The position numbers and the translations under genes were made by a program. Of a stretch of 64,000 nucleotides of DNA, positions 1 through 13,567 are shown one piece after another. The DNA is from Mobula hypostoma (taxonomy: Eukaryota). The notes beneath the pieces are model-generated. The model worked only from the letters and a program-made list of their open reading frames with translations. It ran no database searches and was not told the origin of the DNA. Where the stretch lies: positions 45,324,001 to 45,388,000 of the forward strand of contig NC_086108.1 of assembly GCF_963921235.1 (NCBI RefSeq), in the 5' to 3' direction. How positions within the stretch are numbered: position 1 is the first letter of the stretch; every line of letters begins with the position of its first letter.

Positions 1-250
1 TATTCTTGTCTTGTTTGGTAGTTGATCCAAACCAGACAGTGATGGACGAACAAAGAACGGACTGGATTATTCCTGAATAGAATTGAATCAGCAGCTCCTG
101 AGGCAGGTTGTACTTCCTGAGTTGACGTAGGAAATACAACCTCTGCTGAGCCTTTTTGATAAAAGTGTCCACATTGGGTGTCCACTTCAAGTCCTGGGAG
201 ATTGTGACACCCAGAAACCTGAAGGTCTCCACAGCAGACACAATACTATT
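1..250 (-). mobile_element. Rex1/Babar-type LINE fragment (RT C-terminal region), runs off window start
   Basis: Minus strand reads VETFRFLGVTISQDLKWTPNVDTFIKKAQQRLYFLRQLRKYNL...ITVWFG, the typical post-RT motif series of Rex/Babar ORFs. Confidence 0.8.
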
Positions 251-689
251 GAGCTTGCAAGTTTTTCTGGTGGTTGCAAATGGAATTTTGCACTAAGCTA
301 TTTGATTGGCCATGAGTCCTTCGTGTGCTTTGAATCACAAAAGTCTGAGACTGGCAGCATAGATGCCCTGTCTCTGATAGCAAAAACGTAGAACTCAGCC
401 TTGTTGGGATTCCCCAGCACAAGAATGAGGAAAACACCTTTCAAATCCTATGCTGATTAAAATTTAGGGCTGTAGTTTTGGAGAAAAAGTTATGTTTTAA
501 ATTATTTCTACAAAGCTTCACCCATAGATTTGCCTATCAGAGGGATTTTCAGCAGTGCCTTCTGCAGTATGCCATCTGGACTCATGGTCTGAATATGAGC
601 CAGGTAAATGTAGGAAGAGTCCATGCCTTGACGCTGACTGGGAGCTTGGTCCAATGCAATACAGTTAATGTGATTCTGGTCGTGCATGC

Positions 690-1497
690 AGCCTGGTACA
701 GCCGTTCCGATCTATTATTTTACTTACTTCTTCTTACTTTTAATTTACATTATTTTTTGTATTTTTTTCTCACGGTAACATGTCGAAGCTGCACCCTCTC
801 TAATATGCTGTTAGAGAGAGTTTTATTTGGGTTTCCTTTAGCGCTGGAAATGGTTACATCCTGACATGTGGGACAGAAGCAAGGTCGCATTGTGTATTCC
901 ACAGACCAGCAAATTCCGGTCGGCTTAGTGAACAGAGTGGCAGACACCCCTGCTGAAATCCGGAGGAAAACGCACAGAGGGGGATCACAAAGCCGAGGAA
1001 AGAGGACCGGGTTGAGACAACAGAGACTTTTGGAGAAGAGGAGTTCAGTGAGTAATACCGTTCCGCCTGACCGGAAGTGCACCGAGAGTGGTAAGCGGCG
1101 TGAAGGATTGGGGTGCTTACTGATCTGGCTAACAACGGATGGTGCAATCCGGGGTATATTACGATCGAGGAACGTGTTTGCAGACTGAATATTGAACTTC
1201 TTACTGTTGGACCTCGGCCACATTCCACCATGATACAACACTTGGCGGCACGGGAGGTCGTTCCTGCCTGTGGCCATCGAACGTGCAGCTCCTCCCGTGG
1301 AGGGTCAGGCACCCTGAGCCAATAGACTGGTCCTGGACTTATTTTCCATCTGACATAGTTTTGCATTTTGTTGTTTGATTGTTGGGGTTTTTTGTATTGC
1401 TATATTTATGCTCTATTCTTAGTTGGCGCGTCTGTAACGAAACCAAATTTCCCTCGGGATTTATAAAGTGTATCTATCTATCTATCTATCTATTTAT
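690..1497 (+). mobile_element. Internally deleted Rex/Babar-like LINE derivative (5' end, APE fragment, 3' tail)
   Basis: ORF 868-1188 RIVYSTDQ...AEIRRKTHRG resembles the ORF N-terminus. NNGWCNPGYITIEERVC...IELLTVGPRP is endonuclease-like. The sequence then jumps to a 3' end with ATAAAG and a (CTAT)n tail at about 1471-1497. The 5' boundary is approximate. Confidence 0.6.
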
Positions 1498-2033
1498 CTC
1501 TTTACCCAAAACTGACCCGCAAAAACCTTAATATTTGCTTCAAGTTTAAACATATATTCCCATTGGACAGCATAGACAACTCAATAAACCTAATTAATCT
1601 CTGTGCTCTGCACCATGGAGTGAAAAAACATAATAGCTCCCCAACAGTGCAATACCTGAGATAGAGTCACTGAGTTTTTTCTGCTTCTGTACCTGGAAAC
1701 CAAAGTATTTTGTGCAACATCACAAAATGGTTGGGAATCATTGATGTTAAATCCAGTCTTTGATACTGCCACATAATTTTCTTCAAAATGAGTGTGGACC
1801 ACAAGGTGCTTCCAAACTTATAACAAGGTCATTTAGCAAAGAATAGCCATTGATTCCCCTCCAATTATCTCCCTCTACAAGATTCATTTCTTGTGGAGCG
1901 GATAAATATCTATCAAGCGGAGACCAATTATGAATGAATAAATAAACTTTTTTCAGGCTTCCAGCTGGGTATAGGTGTCGGTTTTAACCAACATTTCATT
2001 GACAAACTCTGCCTAGGCATGTCTAGTCTGTCA

Positions 2034-2034
<1 letters not shown>

Positions 2035-2071
<37 letters not shown>
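2035..2071. repeat. (TA)n microsatellite
   Basis: Direct inspection. Confidence 0.95.
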
Positions 2072-2074
<3 letters not shown>

Positions 2075-4277
2075 CCTGTCGTACGTCCCTCTTGATTGGT
2101 TAGTCCTCATCAAATCAGGTTTCCACTGTCCCAACTTGTTTACAATTGAATTCCAGTTCTTACTTAGAACAAGACCTGTCTTCGTTAAAATTCTTTTCCT
2201 CTAGTTTTATTTCAATGGCTTCCTTCACCAGGTGGTCCCCAAAAGCCATTGGCATGGTGCAGTAGTTTTGTGCCATCGAAGTCAATCCTATGGCCGTTAC
2301 GCGTGCAATGTTTTGCTACTGCCGATTTCTTCGGGTAACCCAATTATCCTTTTATCATATGCTGAACAGCAATTATGGGCTCACTGCTGTAGTGATGTTC
2401 TGCTCTATTTTTCGTAGAGTTAAGGTATTCTATTCATGCTGGAAAGGATCTCTCACTAAGCCAAAATATCAAAATGTCCTAACTTTGAAAAATGGATCGG
2501 TTGGAGAGTTGTGAAATACTGACTGTCTGTAAAATGGTAGAAAAGCTTGAGATCAATGTAATCAAGAGCATGGGAAGAAATAATCCCCTACATGTCTCTT
2601 TGTGTAATAGTTCACGCTGATGATTTATTACCGTAAATTGTTTCATTATCACAAGTGACTAGCCATTTCATAATCTGAATGAGGCAGAATTTAAAAGAAG
2701 ACAGCAGAAACAATGAAGAAAGGTCAACCTCTAGGCACTGGAGGGAAAAATTAAACTGGCTTCATTTTGAAGACATTAAAAAACTATTAAATTTACTTTA
2801 AATAAAAATTAAAGCACTGTTTCAATTAAAAATACTGAAATTACAGCTCCTATACCATTTCTCAAACATACGATTCAGCCATCTCTCTTCTCTGCTAGAC
2901 TAGAATGATGGCATAGGACTGTATGGCAGAACCCACAACATAATGTTGGGGAATCCCAGCCTAGCTGGACTTCTGTGCTGGACACTACTGGAAGCTCACC
3001 AGTAGGGTAGAGTGGCAAATGCCCTGGCATCTGTCATTCAGCAGTATTTCTGTGTAAATCTGGGCTGTATCCCAACAGTTCCCTTTGGAGTCATTAGCCA
3101 CAGCCAGCTCCATTCAGGTCAGTATGTTCATTTTGATAGTTCAAACACCCATGCAGATCTTTGGAGAAGAGGTTTTCCTGCTAACCTCAGTCCCAGTGCT
3201 GGAAAAAAAAAGCTGTATAAGTTCTGTACCAATGCCAGTGTTCCTTTTATTTGTATTTAACCCAGGTAAATGTTATGCCAGGGCTGTACATTGGCAGAGC
3301 TGTTGGACTTGTTCTGCCTCGCACCTCCAACTGAGTGGGTTTCCTCTGCCTTTCCCTATTCTAAATTGGCAGGTTAACTGGCCACTTTAAGCTGCCTCTG
3401 ATTAATTGGGTGATAAAATCTTGGGTGTGGAGTTAGAAGTAATTGGTATATGTGGAGTTAGAATTAATTGGTATATGGGGAGATTTAAATGAAAGTAATA
3501 TAGGATTAATGTAGATCGGTGGTTGATGTGAACTCGGTGAGCTAAAGGGCTTGTTTCTATGTTGCATAACTTTATGTCACCCAAAGTAAAGATCCAAGCT
3601 CTGGAAAAGTTGCAACTGATGGAAAGTTAAGAAAAATGAGGCATGGTTATGTTGAGTGTTCGAGATGAGGGGTTTCTGTTTTCTGTCACCATATCCTTGT
3701 GCACCTGAAACCAGTGTTTGGTAATAACTCTTTATAAATGGATCCCCCTCACCTCTAGTCTTCAAACCATCTGTTGCCATCACAAGTGTCTTTTTGTACC
3801 ACAGCTGCTTCTGGTAAAACTGCAGAACAAATAGGTCTAAGAATTATGAGGATTTCATCAAGAAAGAGAACATGGGGGAAAACTAACAGTACCTTAGATG
3901 ATGGCTGCATGTGAAATGTTTTTTCCTACCATCAAACTTAAAGTCTGCTTTAAATATTGCAAAGCAGGCCATGCTACCATGGAGTTTTTACAAGTAAGCA
4001 ATGTGTTTGAAATTGATTAAAGGTTTTTGTTTTACTAAGTTTACATAAATAAAGTGCACCATGTCTGTTAAGTTGTTTCAGTCGCCTTCTCCTAAAACAA
4101 TATATTGGAAAATGAGGTGCACTGCAAATCAAGCATGTGATGAGTGTCTGGTGAGTCCTGAATTTACAAAAAGCAAGATTCTATGCTGTTGGTAAAGTTT
4201 TGGGAGAATGGAGCCAATTACTTGCATTTTAGGTATGTGCTCTATTGGATTGCTAAAAAGGAAATATTTCCTTGCAG

Positions 4278-4456
4278 GGATGGATCTGTTGTTCTTCCTT
4301 TCTCTTCTCTAGCCAGTCCACGGAAAATGCTAGCTCCAGCATTGCTACAGAAACATGGTTCTCACTCACCTCAACCATCAAGCAATCAACTCAACACAGG
4401 GCACCATAAATCCTACCCAGTTTTTCAAAGTCAACCGATGCAACCCATTCAAGCAG
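4278..4456 (+). CDS. GLIS1: GLIS family zinc-finger gene (GLIS1-like), third-last coding exon
   Basis: Acceptor ttccttgcag|G and donor CAAGCAG|gtac. Encodes (R)DGSVVLPFSSLASPRKMLAPALLQKHGSHSPQ...KSYPVFQSQPMQPIQA(G), matching the recalled GLIS1 RDG...SP.K...SYPPFQS segment. Ends in phase 1, compatible with the next exon. Confidence 0.82.
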
Positions 4457-5429
4457 GTACTTTGAAGTATTTACTTTGGGAGAATACTGTTTAAGCATAA
4501 AATATGAAAATGTGCCATTATAAGTAATAAATGTAACTTCTGTGAAGTAAATTAAAATGATCTTGAATACCGTTTTTAAGAAGTTTCTTTTTTCTGGCAG
4601 ACATTTTAATGTTCACAAATAATAAAAGTTATATTAATTCAGTTATTTATATGTTTAAAAATTACTGGATCTGGTGATGTTCCAGATGAGAACAGCAATA
4701 CGGTGTGATATTGGCCCAGATGTTGCTCAGTTTTGATACAATATTTCTCACTGATCACCGTCTTAATTAGTTGCTATAGATTTTTGACAGGTTTGGTAAG
4801 AGGAGACTTTTTTTTTTCCACTCTGGTGTTGCTCCAGGTCTCATGTTTTCTATGGGAGAACTGCACTATGACTGAACACTGTTTTCTTTACAAATTCCAG
4901 AAAGGCAAAGAAGGTTCTAAACTGAATCCCCAATTTGTGCTCAGCTATTTTGGCAGTGCTACAATTAGTTCTGACCATTATCCTTGAGAAAAATCAAGCA
5001 GAGTTGCACCATTTGTCATGGAAATTCAGGATAGGATCAGCACGCTGTGCTGTGGTCCTCAGTCAAAAAGCCTGCTGACACTCTCCAATCACACATTGAC
5101 AGTGCTAACCTAAATGAAGTCTAGATGTTGTTAATGCCTGTGATATTGTACCAGAAGGTAGTATCCACAGGAGAATGAGGGAAGAGTTTGTTAGGTCCAG
5201 AAACACAGACAAAACTTTGACCACTGGCAATAACGGTCAAAGGCAATGATGGTCCAGTAGAACTGCCGTTGTTTTGGGCATGTCCTTGGAAGGCTGTGCT
5301 AGATCTTGGTGACCATGCTTTAGCCCAAGATGTTTGCAGGCATAAAGTGAGCCTGGATTCCCAATTGTTAGTTAATCTGACTAGCATACTATTTACCAGT
5401 AAGAGACAAGGCATGCATGAAGCCCATTA

Positions 5430-8130
5430 AACATTTACAAGCAGAGACAATATGTAGTGAGACTTGCTAGGAAGGACAGGCAGATGATAGGGCAAAATTG
5501 CAGTCAGTGGGATGAGTTGTAGTATAAAAGGGAGACAATCGAAAAGGGTGATGAATACAGAAATGAAGGTGTTATATTTGAATGCAACCCAAGGATGCAT
5601 ATTGTACCAAAAGGACAGGCAGGAAAAGAGAAGGGGTGGTGAGACTGTTGTTAACAAAAATGAAATCATATCCTTAGAGATTACATGGAATCTTTGTGGG
5701 AAGAGTTAAAAAACTGCAAGGGTAAATAGACCATGATAGAGTTATATACAGGCCTCTGAACAGTAGCCAGAATGTGGGCTACAAATTACGATGGGAGATA
5801 GAAAAGGCATGTCAAAAGGACAATGTTTTGATAGCTGTGGAGATTGAAATATGCAGGTAGGTTGGGAAAATCAGGTTGGTGCTGGACCACAAGAGAGATA
5901 ATTTGTAGAATATCTTTGGGATGGCATTGGTTGATCCCAGTAGGGGATCAGCTATTTTGCTTGGGTGTTGTATAAAAAAAGCAGGATTTGATTGGGGAGC
6001 TAAAGGTAAAAGAACGCTAAGGAGGAAGTGATCATAATATGATAGCATTCACCCTGCAATTAGAGAGGGGGAAGCTAAAGTCAGATGCAAAAGAGAGGGC
6101 ATACAATGGAGCAAAAATTAGTGGGGAATTAGAGGATTGGGAAACTTTTAAAAAAGAACAGAATGCAAATAAAAAGCCATAAGGCGGAAAAAAGGAAATA
6201 ATAAAGGTAAGCTAGCCAATTGTATCAAAGGAGATACCAAAACCTTTTTTCAGATTATATAAAGAATAAAAGAGAGGTGAGAGTAGATATTGGATCACTG
6301 GAAAATGATGCTGGAAAGTTAGTAATGGGGTACAAAGAAATGACAGATAAAGTGAATAAGTATTTTGCATCCGTCTTCAATGTGGAAGACACTAGCAGTA
6401 TGCCAGAAGTTCGAGAGTATCGGGGCTGAAGTGAGTGCAGTTGCTATTACTTGGGAGATGATCCTTGGAAAACTGAAGTTTCTGAAGGTAGATAAGTCAT
6501 CTGGATCCAGATAGTAAACACCCCAGGGTTCTGAAAGTAATGGCTGAAGAGATTGTGGAGTCATTAGTAATGATTTTTCAAGAGTCAATAGATCTGGCAT
6601 GGTTCTGGCGGAATGGAAAATTGCGAATGTCACTCTACTCTTTAAGAAGGGAGAGAGGCAGAAGAAAGAACCCCAGTGGTAAGGAAGATGTTGGAGCCAA
6701 TTGTTGAGGATATGGTTTTGGTGTACCCGGAAGCACATGATAAAATGGACCAAAGTCAGCTTGATTTCCTTAAGGGACTATCTTTCCTGACAAATCTGTT
6801 GGAATTATTTGAGGAAATAACAAGCAGGTTAGACAAAGGAGAATCAGTGGATGTTGTGTACTTGGATTTGCAGAAGGCCTTTGACAAGGTGCTGCACATG
6901 AGGCTGCTTAACAAGATAAGAGCCTTTGGAATTACGGGAAAGGTACCAGCACGGATGGAGCATTGGCTGATTCGCAGGAGGCAAAGAGAGGGAATAAAGG
7001 CAGCCTTTTCTGATTGGCTGCTGAAGACTAGTAGTGCTCCACGGGAGTCGGTATTGGGACTACTTCTTTGTATGTTGTGTCTCAATGATTTGGATGACAG
7101 AATTGATAGCTTTGTGGCCAAGGTTGTGGATGATATAAAGATAGATGGAGGAGCCGCTAATGTTGAGGAAGCAGAGTGGCTGTCGAAGGACAGATTAGGA
7201 GAATGGGCAAAAAAGTGGCAGATGGAATACAGTTTTGGGAATTGTATGATCATGTACTTTGGTAGAAGGAATTAAAGCACATACTATTTTCTAAATGAGA
7301 AAATTCAAAAATCGAAAGTGCAAAGGGACTTGGGAGTCCTGGTGCAGGATACCCTAAAGGGTAATTTGCAGGTTGGGTCGGTAATGAGGAAGGAAAATGC
7401 AACGTCAACATTCATTTTGAGAGGACTAGAATATAAAGGCAAGAATGTAATGCTGAGGCTTTAGAAAGTACTGGTGAGGTCTCAGTTGGGAGTATTGTGA
7501 GCTGTTTTGGGCGCTTATTTAAGAAAGGATATGCTGACATTGGAGAGGGTTCAGATTATGTTCATGAGAATGAGTCTAGGAATGGAAGGGTTATCGTATG
7601 AGGAGCAATTGATGGTTCTGGGCCTGTACTTGCTGGAATTTAGAAAAATGAGGGGTATCTTATTGGAAGCTATCAGATGTAAATAACACTATTCTTTGCA
7701 TTTCTGGTCAGATGCTAAATGCATTTCTTTGGCTTTGTATCTGTACTCGGCACAATGACAATAAAGTTGAATCTAATCTAATGTTGAAAGGCCTAGATAG
7801 AGTGGATTTGGAGTGGACCTTTCCTATAGTGGAGGAGTCTAGGACCAGCCTCAGAATAGAGGGATGTCCATTTAAAATGGAAATAAGGAGGAATTTCTTT
7901 AGTCGGAGGATGGTGTTTCTGAGGAATTCATTGTCACAGATGGCTGGGGATGCCAGGTCATTGGGTGTATTTAAGGTGCGGGTTGATAGGTTCTTGATAA
8001 GTCTGGCATGTGAAAGGGAGAAGGCAAGGGAATGGGGTTGAGATGGAAATTGATCGGCTATGATGAGATGGTGGAGCAGACACGATGGGCTGAATGACAA
8101 TTCTGCTCCTATGTCTGATGGTCTTGTAGT
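5430..8130 (+). mobile_element. Decayed CR1 LINE (ORF2 APE, RT and 3' end)
   Basis: KVLYLNA (APE start). ORF 6676-7275 has TNLLELFEEIT, VDVVYLDLQKAFDKV, KVVDDIKI and WAKKWQMEY. ORF 7712-8041 has RRNFFSRR. Many frameshifts and stops. Confidence 0.9.
7681..7780 (+). mobile_element. Short LINE-type 3' tail inserted into the CR1
   Basis: Ends in caataaagttgaatctaatcta. Interrupts the CR1 reading with ATGT on both sides. Confidence 0.55.
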
Positions 8131-9219
8131 CTTAACATCTTCATTTTCAAGTTAAAATAAAATTAAGAATAATCCTCTCCTCCTGTGCTCTTACTTCAGT
8201 TCAAAATCAGTGAACTTTTTAGTGAGATGAATGAGTATTACAATGAGTGTTCATTAGGAGAACAGAGGAAATAAATTACTAGGCCATTATAAAACAAAAC
8301 CCCAATAGTAAGAAGTGGTTTCTTAGATATTTTATGTAAGGAAGGTTTTTGGGAAGGACTTATTGATATTTGGGAGTGGAGGAAAAAAAAGGAGAAATTG
8401 AGTCTTGAACTTGGTTCAATTTAATTCTTGATGGTACTTCCTTGTTTACCACTAAATTACAAGGTTGTTCAAGACTCAAATATTTTTTTATTGAAACAGT
8501 GAAGAAATTTTCAACTAATCAACCACTAATTACCTACTGACTGTCTAGCAAATGGAATTATTGGCATGTAAAGAATTAATTTAGAAGTAAAGTCCAATAA
8601 CATGGAAAAGATTAAAATAAATTACAAAATCTATCCAAACATGTGGGATGATAATTTTAAATTACAAATGACTATTCAAAGGCTTTGTTATCTTGCTATT
8701 AAACCAATGATTGTGGTCTCAACAGTACTGCCACTGAGGTCTGTGTGTATGCACACTGTTCTTACAAAGTGTACTATTCATAACTATGTCTGTTGTGTGG
8801 TCCCATGTTTATATATATATATATATATGTTTTAATATTTTTCTTCAGAGATGCTGACATTTTCAGAGGTATTGTTTCATACTTGTTGATAGCTTTACAT
8901 ATCTCATTTAAATTGTCTAGTACACAGAATTCAATAAACAGAAGTTTATTCCATCTGTTAATTCAGAAGATCTCTGCCTGGAGTGGAGATGTCCAATTTA
9001 TGAAGCTGGAAGTCTACAACCATAGTTGTGAGAGGACATGAGAGCAGAATCACATGTCAGAGTCTGTTTCTTTAAAACCATTCACTATCTTGGTGTCATA
9101 TTTGATCCTGAGATGGCTGAGAACCATATTTTTGCCTTCAATATAATGCCATGGGAACTAAACAGGATTTATCAATCAGAATGGCACAAGATTTCACATG
9201 AGCAACGAAGGGACCTTCG

Positions 9220-9700
9220 AGCACAAATACACCAATCAATAAAATCTCCACCGCAGGTTGACAAGAGAAGCAAACCAAGCAATAGAGAAACAACATTGAA
9301 AAGTAGCATTGCTGTATTGAACCTGTGTGAAGTCCTGGTTTTCCCACTCTTAAGAATACTGCATACAGTTCTGGTCATTGAGGAAATAGAAATGCAGGAA
9401 AGATTACAAGGATTATACCAGAAATACAAAGATATTGTTATCAGGAAAGGATGAACAGTTTGAGGTCTCCTTTTTATTGAGAAAAGACATAGTAACCAAA
9501 TTGAGGACTTTAAAATAATTATTTTAATGGACTGGGAGTAGAAAGAATGTTTTTAGTGGGAAAGAGCATAACCAGAAGCCATTATTATGTTAGTTATTAA
9601 GAAATCCAGAGGGAAAATCAGAAAAAAAATTTCTTTACCCAAAAGAGATGGGAATACAGAATATGATGCCATAGGGAGCAGTTGAGGTGAATTCTATCTA
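9220..9700 (+). mobile_element. Highly decayed CR1 3' fragment
   Basis: gaatactgcatacagttctggtc (EYCIQFWS) and a downstream ttctttacccaaa resembling the CR1 FFTQR motif. Confidence 0.5.
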
Positions 9701-10889
9701 TATCAATATCTACCTATATCACCAAAGACACCTAGTGCAGGTAATGGATTGCCTTCATGCCTTCCTGCATGAAGTAGTGTCAAAACTCACTGTTTTTTAA
9801 TTTGGCGTCAGTAGGCCCAAATGAATAATGTGACACAAGCACACACAACTGACGCTATTTAAAAACTGTTCGCTCTCAGCATTGTTAGTGTCTAACAGCC
9901 ACACAAGTGCACAGAACTGACACTAGTTATAAACTGTTTGGCAGCAGTCTTCTGTCCCAATTAGGTGGCATAGTGATCCAGATAAATGGGGGGAATCCCA
10001 GCCCTTTTCTCGATTAGTTTTTGTTCTTTAAGGGTTGTCCCACATAAGTAGCTGCTCCGATTAGCTGAGGGCCCAATTGTCCAGAATCCATACATATTTA
10101 AGTGGATACTGAACAAACAGCTGAAAAAGCAAAGGGAACTTCACAAAAAGACATTGATAAAGAAAGACAGGAAGGGACTCAAGTGGAACATTAATGTCAG
10201 CGTGGATGGTTGGCCAAATGTATCCATTTCTCTATTATAGTGTATGTTACATGCCATCCTATGTAAGGAGATATGGAGACATCTGGCGAGGTTTTAAGCA
10301 CCATTTTAAGAGAAAGTAACAGAGGTGGAGGAAGAACTATGAAGTCTTTAGGGAGATAGTTCCGTAGCTTAGAGTCAGGCAGTGACACAACCGTTAGTGG
10401 CAGAGTAGTGAAAATCAGGGACCTCAAGAGAACAAAGTTGACAAGTTGGAGCAGTGCAGAGATCTCTGGGCATTGCTGGACTGCTACAGATAACAGAGAG
10501 GTAGAAAGGATGTGAGAGGCTATGGGTGGATGTGAAATCTTGGATGAGAAGTATTAAATTATAGAGTTGCTTCACTAGGTGTCAGTTGTCGGCAAACATG
10601 GAGGTGATGGGTAAATAGGATTTCTACATGTCAGGGAACAAGCAGGTGAAATTAGTTGGGGGAGGGAATAGGTGACTTGGTGGGTATAATGTGTGGGTGA
10701 TAGGCGTATAGAGCAAGGTAGGGAGAGAGATCTTGGATAAATCAGGAGAGAGAGAAATAGGTAGGCAGGTAGGTACAGGGTTACCTTTCAGAGTTTCTTC
10801 TCACTGGGTCTCCTATTTGCGCTCCTCAATTGATTCTATCTGCCCATCATTGTTCCCTTATCATCTTCCTTACTTATCAGATTCTAAAG

Positions 10890-12345
10890 GCTATTGTTCA
10901 CACATGCTTCAAATCAGCTATCATTATCCCTGTCCCAAGGACTCTACACCTTCAAAACTAAATGACTACTGCCCGATGGCACTGATCCCAGTCATCATGA
11001 AGTGCTATGCACGGAAGGTGGTGGCACGTATCAAAAACTCCATTCCTGCAGGTGGGACACTCACCAATATGCTTGCAGACAGAACCTCATTATCACACAT
11101 GCTGTAGCATCTGTCATGTACCTGGTCCTGACACACCTAGAAGTCAAGGACACATATCAGAATGCTGTTTCAGGATTTATTTTTGGCATTCAGCAGGATT
11201 GTTCTACAGACCCTGGTGAACAAACTCCTACTCCTCAGTCTAAATACACCACTGTGCAGCTGTGTGTTGGGCTTCCTAACTAGTAGTCCTCAGATAGTCA
11301 AGATGCACGACCACTTCTCCTTCCCTGTTATCCTCAACAAAGGTGCCTCCCACCCCCAGGGCCATGTACTGAGCCCATTGCTGTGCACTCTGCTCACACA
11401 TGATTTCATAGACAAACACCGAGTAATCATGTTGTCAAGTTTGCCACTGACATGACAGTGGTGGGGCTCATCATCAACAACGATGAGATGGTCAGCAGAG
11501 AGGAGGTGGAAGAGCTCGGTGCCAGGTAAATAATCTCTTCCTCAATGTCAACAGGACAAAGGAGATGGTTATTGACTTCAGGAGAACTTGCAACATCAGG
11601 CCCCTCTTCACATTGCAGGCACAGCAGTTTTAAACGCCTGGGAGTTCACATCTCGCACAACCTCTCATGGTCCCAGAATACATCCTACCCAATGAGGAAA
11701 ACACACCAATGCTTCTACTATCTGAGGAGGCTGAAGAGAGCTGGACTATGTACATCTATACTCACGTCATTCAACGGATGCGCAGTGGAGAACGTCCTAA
11801 TAACCTGCCTCACTGCACGGAATGGAAACTGCACTGTCTCTACAATGGGTAGTCAAAACTGCCAAATGCATAACCAGCACCAAACAACTCACCATCAAGG
11901 ACACGTTTGCAGAAAGGTGCTGGAAAAAGACGAATAACATCATGAAGGATCCCACCCAGCCTGCTCATGGACTGCTTGCCCCAGTCTCATCAGGGAGGAA
12001 GCTGTGTAGCATCTATGCCAGGCCACTTGTCAGCTACTTTTCCCAAGCACTAAGGCTGTTCAACACCTCCCTCCACTAACTCAACCCCCCCACGCCCCCA
12101 ACCACCACTATTTTATCATTTCCTGTCAGTCACCTAATGTACAGACACTCCTGTGCCTAGCATCACTTTATGGACTTACAATCAATCTATGTATATAAGC
12201 TATCTTGTGTAATTATATTTATTGTGCTTTTTTATTATTATTCTGTTCTTTATTATGTATTTTGTGCTGTATTGGATCTGGACTAGCAATTATTTTGTTC
12301 TTCCTTACGCTTATGTATGGGAAATGACATTAAACAATCTTGAAT
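10890..12345 (+). mobile_element. Rex/Babar LINE, 5'-truncated and decayed
   Basis: LNDYCPMALIPVIMKCY, PQGHVLSPLL, FKRLGVHISHNLSWSQN, YYLRRLKRAGL, IMKDPTQPAHGL. The 3' UTR ends in attaaacaatcttgaat. Confidence 0.85.
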
Positions 12346-12399
12346 GCATCCTCACTGATCAGTTTCCAGCCTCTGTCTCTACTTCCACCCTTCCCTCAC

Positions 12400-12740
12400 T
12401 TGACTCCATTGCTCCCTTTTGTTTACCTCTCTCCTTATCTGTCTATCAACCATTGGCTGCAGTCTCCCAACTCCATCCCTCAACCCCCTCCGTTTGCCCA
12501 TCATCCCCCTTCTCACCTGGTTCCAGCCATCAGCTGCTAGTCCTGGCCTCATCCTTCCCTCTCATCTCTTTGTACGGGCTATCTCCCCTCTAGACTCTCA
12601 GTCCTGATGCAGTTTCTCAATCCAAAATGTCAACTATCTCTTTGCTTCCACAAATGCTGCTCAACCCCAGGAGTTCCCACAATAATTGTTTTTTTTTTCC
12701 CTGCTCCAGGCTGTATCATGTGAAGTTTCTTGTGTCTCCA
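12400..12740 (+). mobile_element. Decayed Penelope-type terminal repeat fragment
   Basis: Pyrimidine-rich tract followed by cagtcctgatgc...aaatgtcaact...tgctgct, similar to the terminal repeat of the Penelope copy at 55237-55600. Confidence 0.5.
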
Positions 12741-13053
12741 TTTTAGGAATAGTATGAAGATGGAGAAGTCAAGAATAGACTATTGGGGACCCAAGAGATA
12801 AGGAACAGGAATGGGAAGTGAAACTAAGAGTAGCAATTATGTTTATTTGTCTATTAAACATTCCTTTCACCAGTTCTGCCCCTTTTTAAAATTTTCATTT
12901 ATGATTTTTCATGCAAAGAAAAATATTTCAGATTTTTAGTTTAGTTGTCATCTGCATGTCAAGCCTGCTCCGCCATTCAATAAGATCATGGCTGATCTAG
13001 CCATGGACTAATCTCCACTTACCTGCCTTTTCCCCATAACCCATAAACCCAGT

Positions 13054-13283
13054 GTTGGGCACGTGGCCAAGTGGTTAAGGCATTCGTCTAGTTACCTCAA
13101 GGTCACTAGTTCAAGCCTCAGATGGGGCAGCGTGTTTGTGCCCTTGAGCAAGGCACTTAATCACACATTGTTCTAGTCTGTGCGAGGAATGGTGCCCCAC
13201 ACAGACTTCCAATCTGCGCCTTGGAAGGCATGAAAATGCCCAACGCAGGCCTCTCATGGTCTGAGTCGACGTTCCCTCCCCCA
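13054..13283 (+). mobile_element. tRNA-derived SINE with CORE-like central domain
   Basis: A-box TGGCCAAGTGG, B-box-like AGTTCAAGCC, then cccttgagcaaggcacttaa. It splits a minus-strand CR1 3' fragment (…ccccataaccc | cttaattccc…). Confidence 0.7.
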
Positions 13284-13299
13284 CCCCCCTTAATTCCCT

Positions 13300-13552
13300 T
13301 CAGGAACAGCTTCTTCTCTTCAGTCATCCAGTTTCTAAATGGACATTGAACCCAGGAACACTACCTCACTTTTTCCTCTATTTTTGCGCTATTTTTAATT
13401 TAACTATTTTATATATGTAGATAGATAAAAATTTACCTTTATTTATTTATTTATTATTTTCCCATGTTTATCGTGTATTGCAATGTACTGCTGCCACAAA
13501 GTTAACAAATTACATGACATATACTGGTGATATTAAAACTGATTCTGATTCT
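13300..13552 (+). mobile_element. Rex/Babar LINE 3' end
   Basis: caggaacagcttcttc (RNSFF), a 3' UTR and a (TCTGAT)n tail ending just upstream of the GLIS exon acceptor. The same tail type occurs at 46289 on the minus strand. Confidence 0.7.
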
Positions 13553-13567
13553 ATTGTTTGTTCTCAG

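Noticed and set aside
750..1366. Long minus-strand ORFs (175 and 170 aa) as genes
   Set aside because: They are antisense frames of a GC-rich LINE derivative with no recognisable domain.
8849..8868. Possible GLIS micro-exon (ttcttcag|...|gtattg)
   Set aside because: At 20 nt it would shift the frame. The flanking exons already join in phase and match GLIS1 without it.
13054..13130. tRNA gene
   Set aside because: A and B boxes are present, but there is no complete cloverleaf or terminator and the sequence continues into a SINE body.
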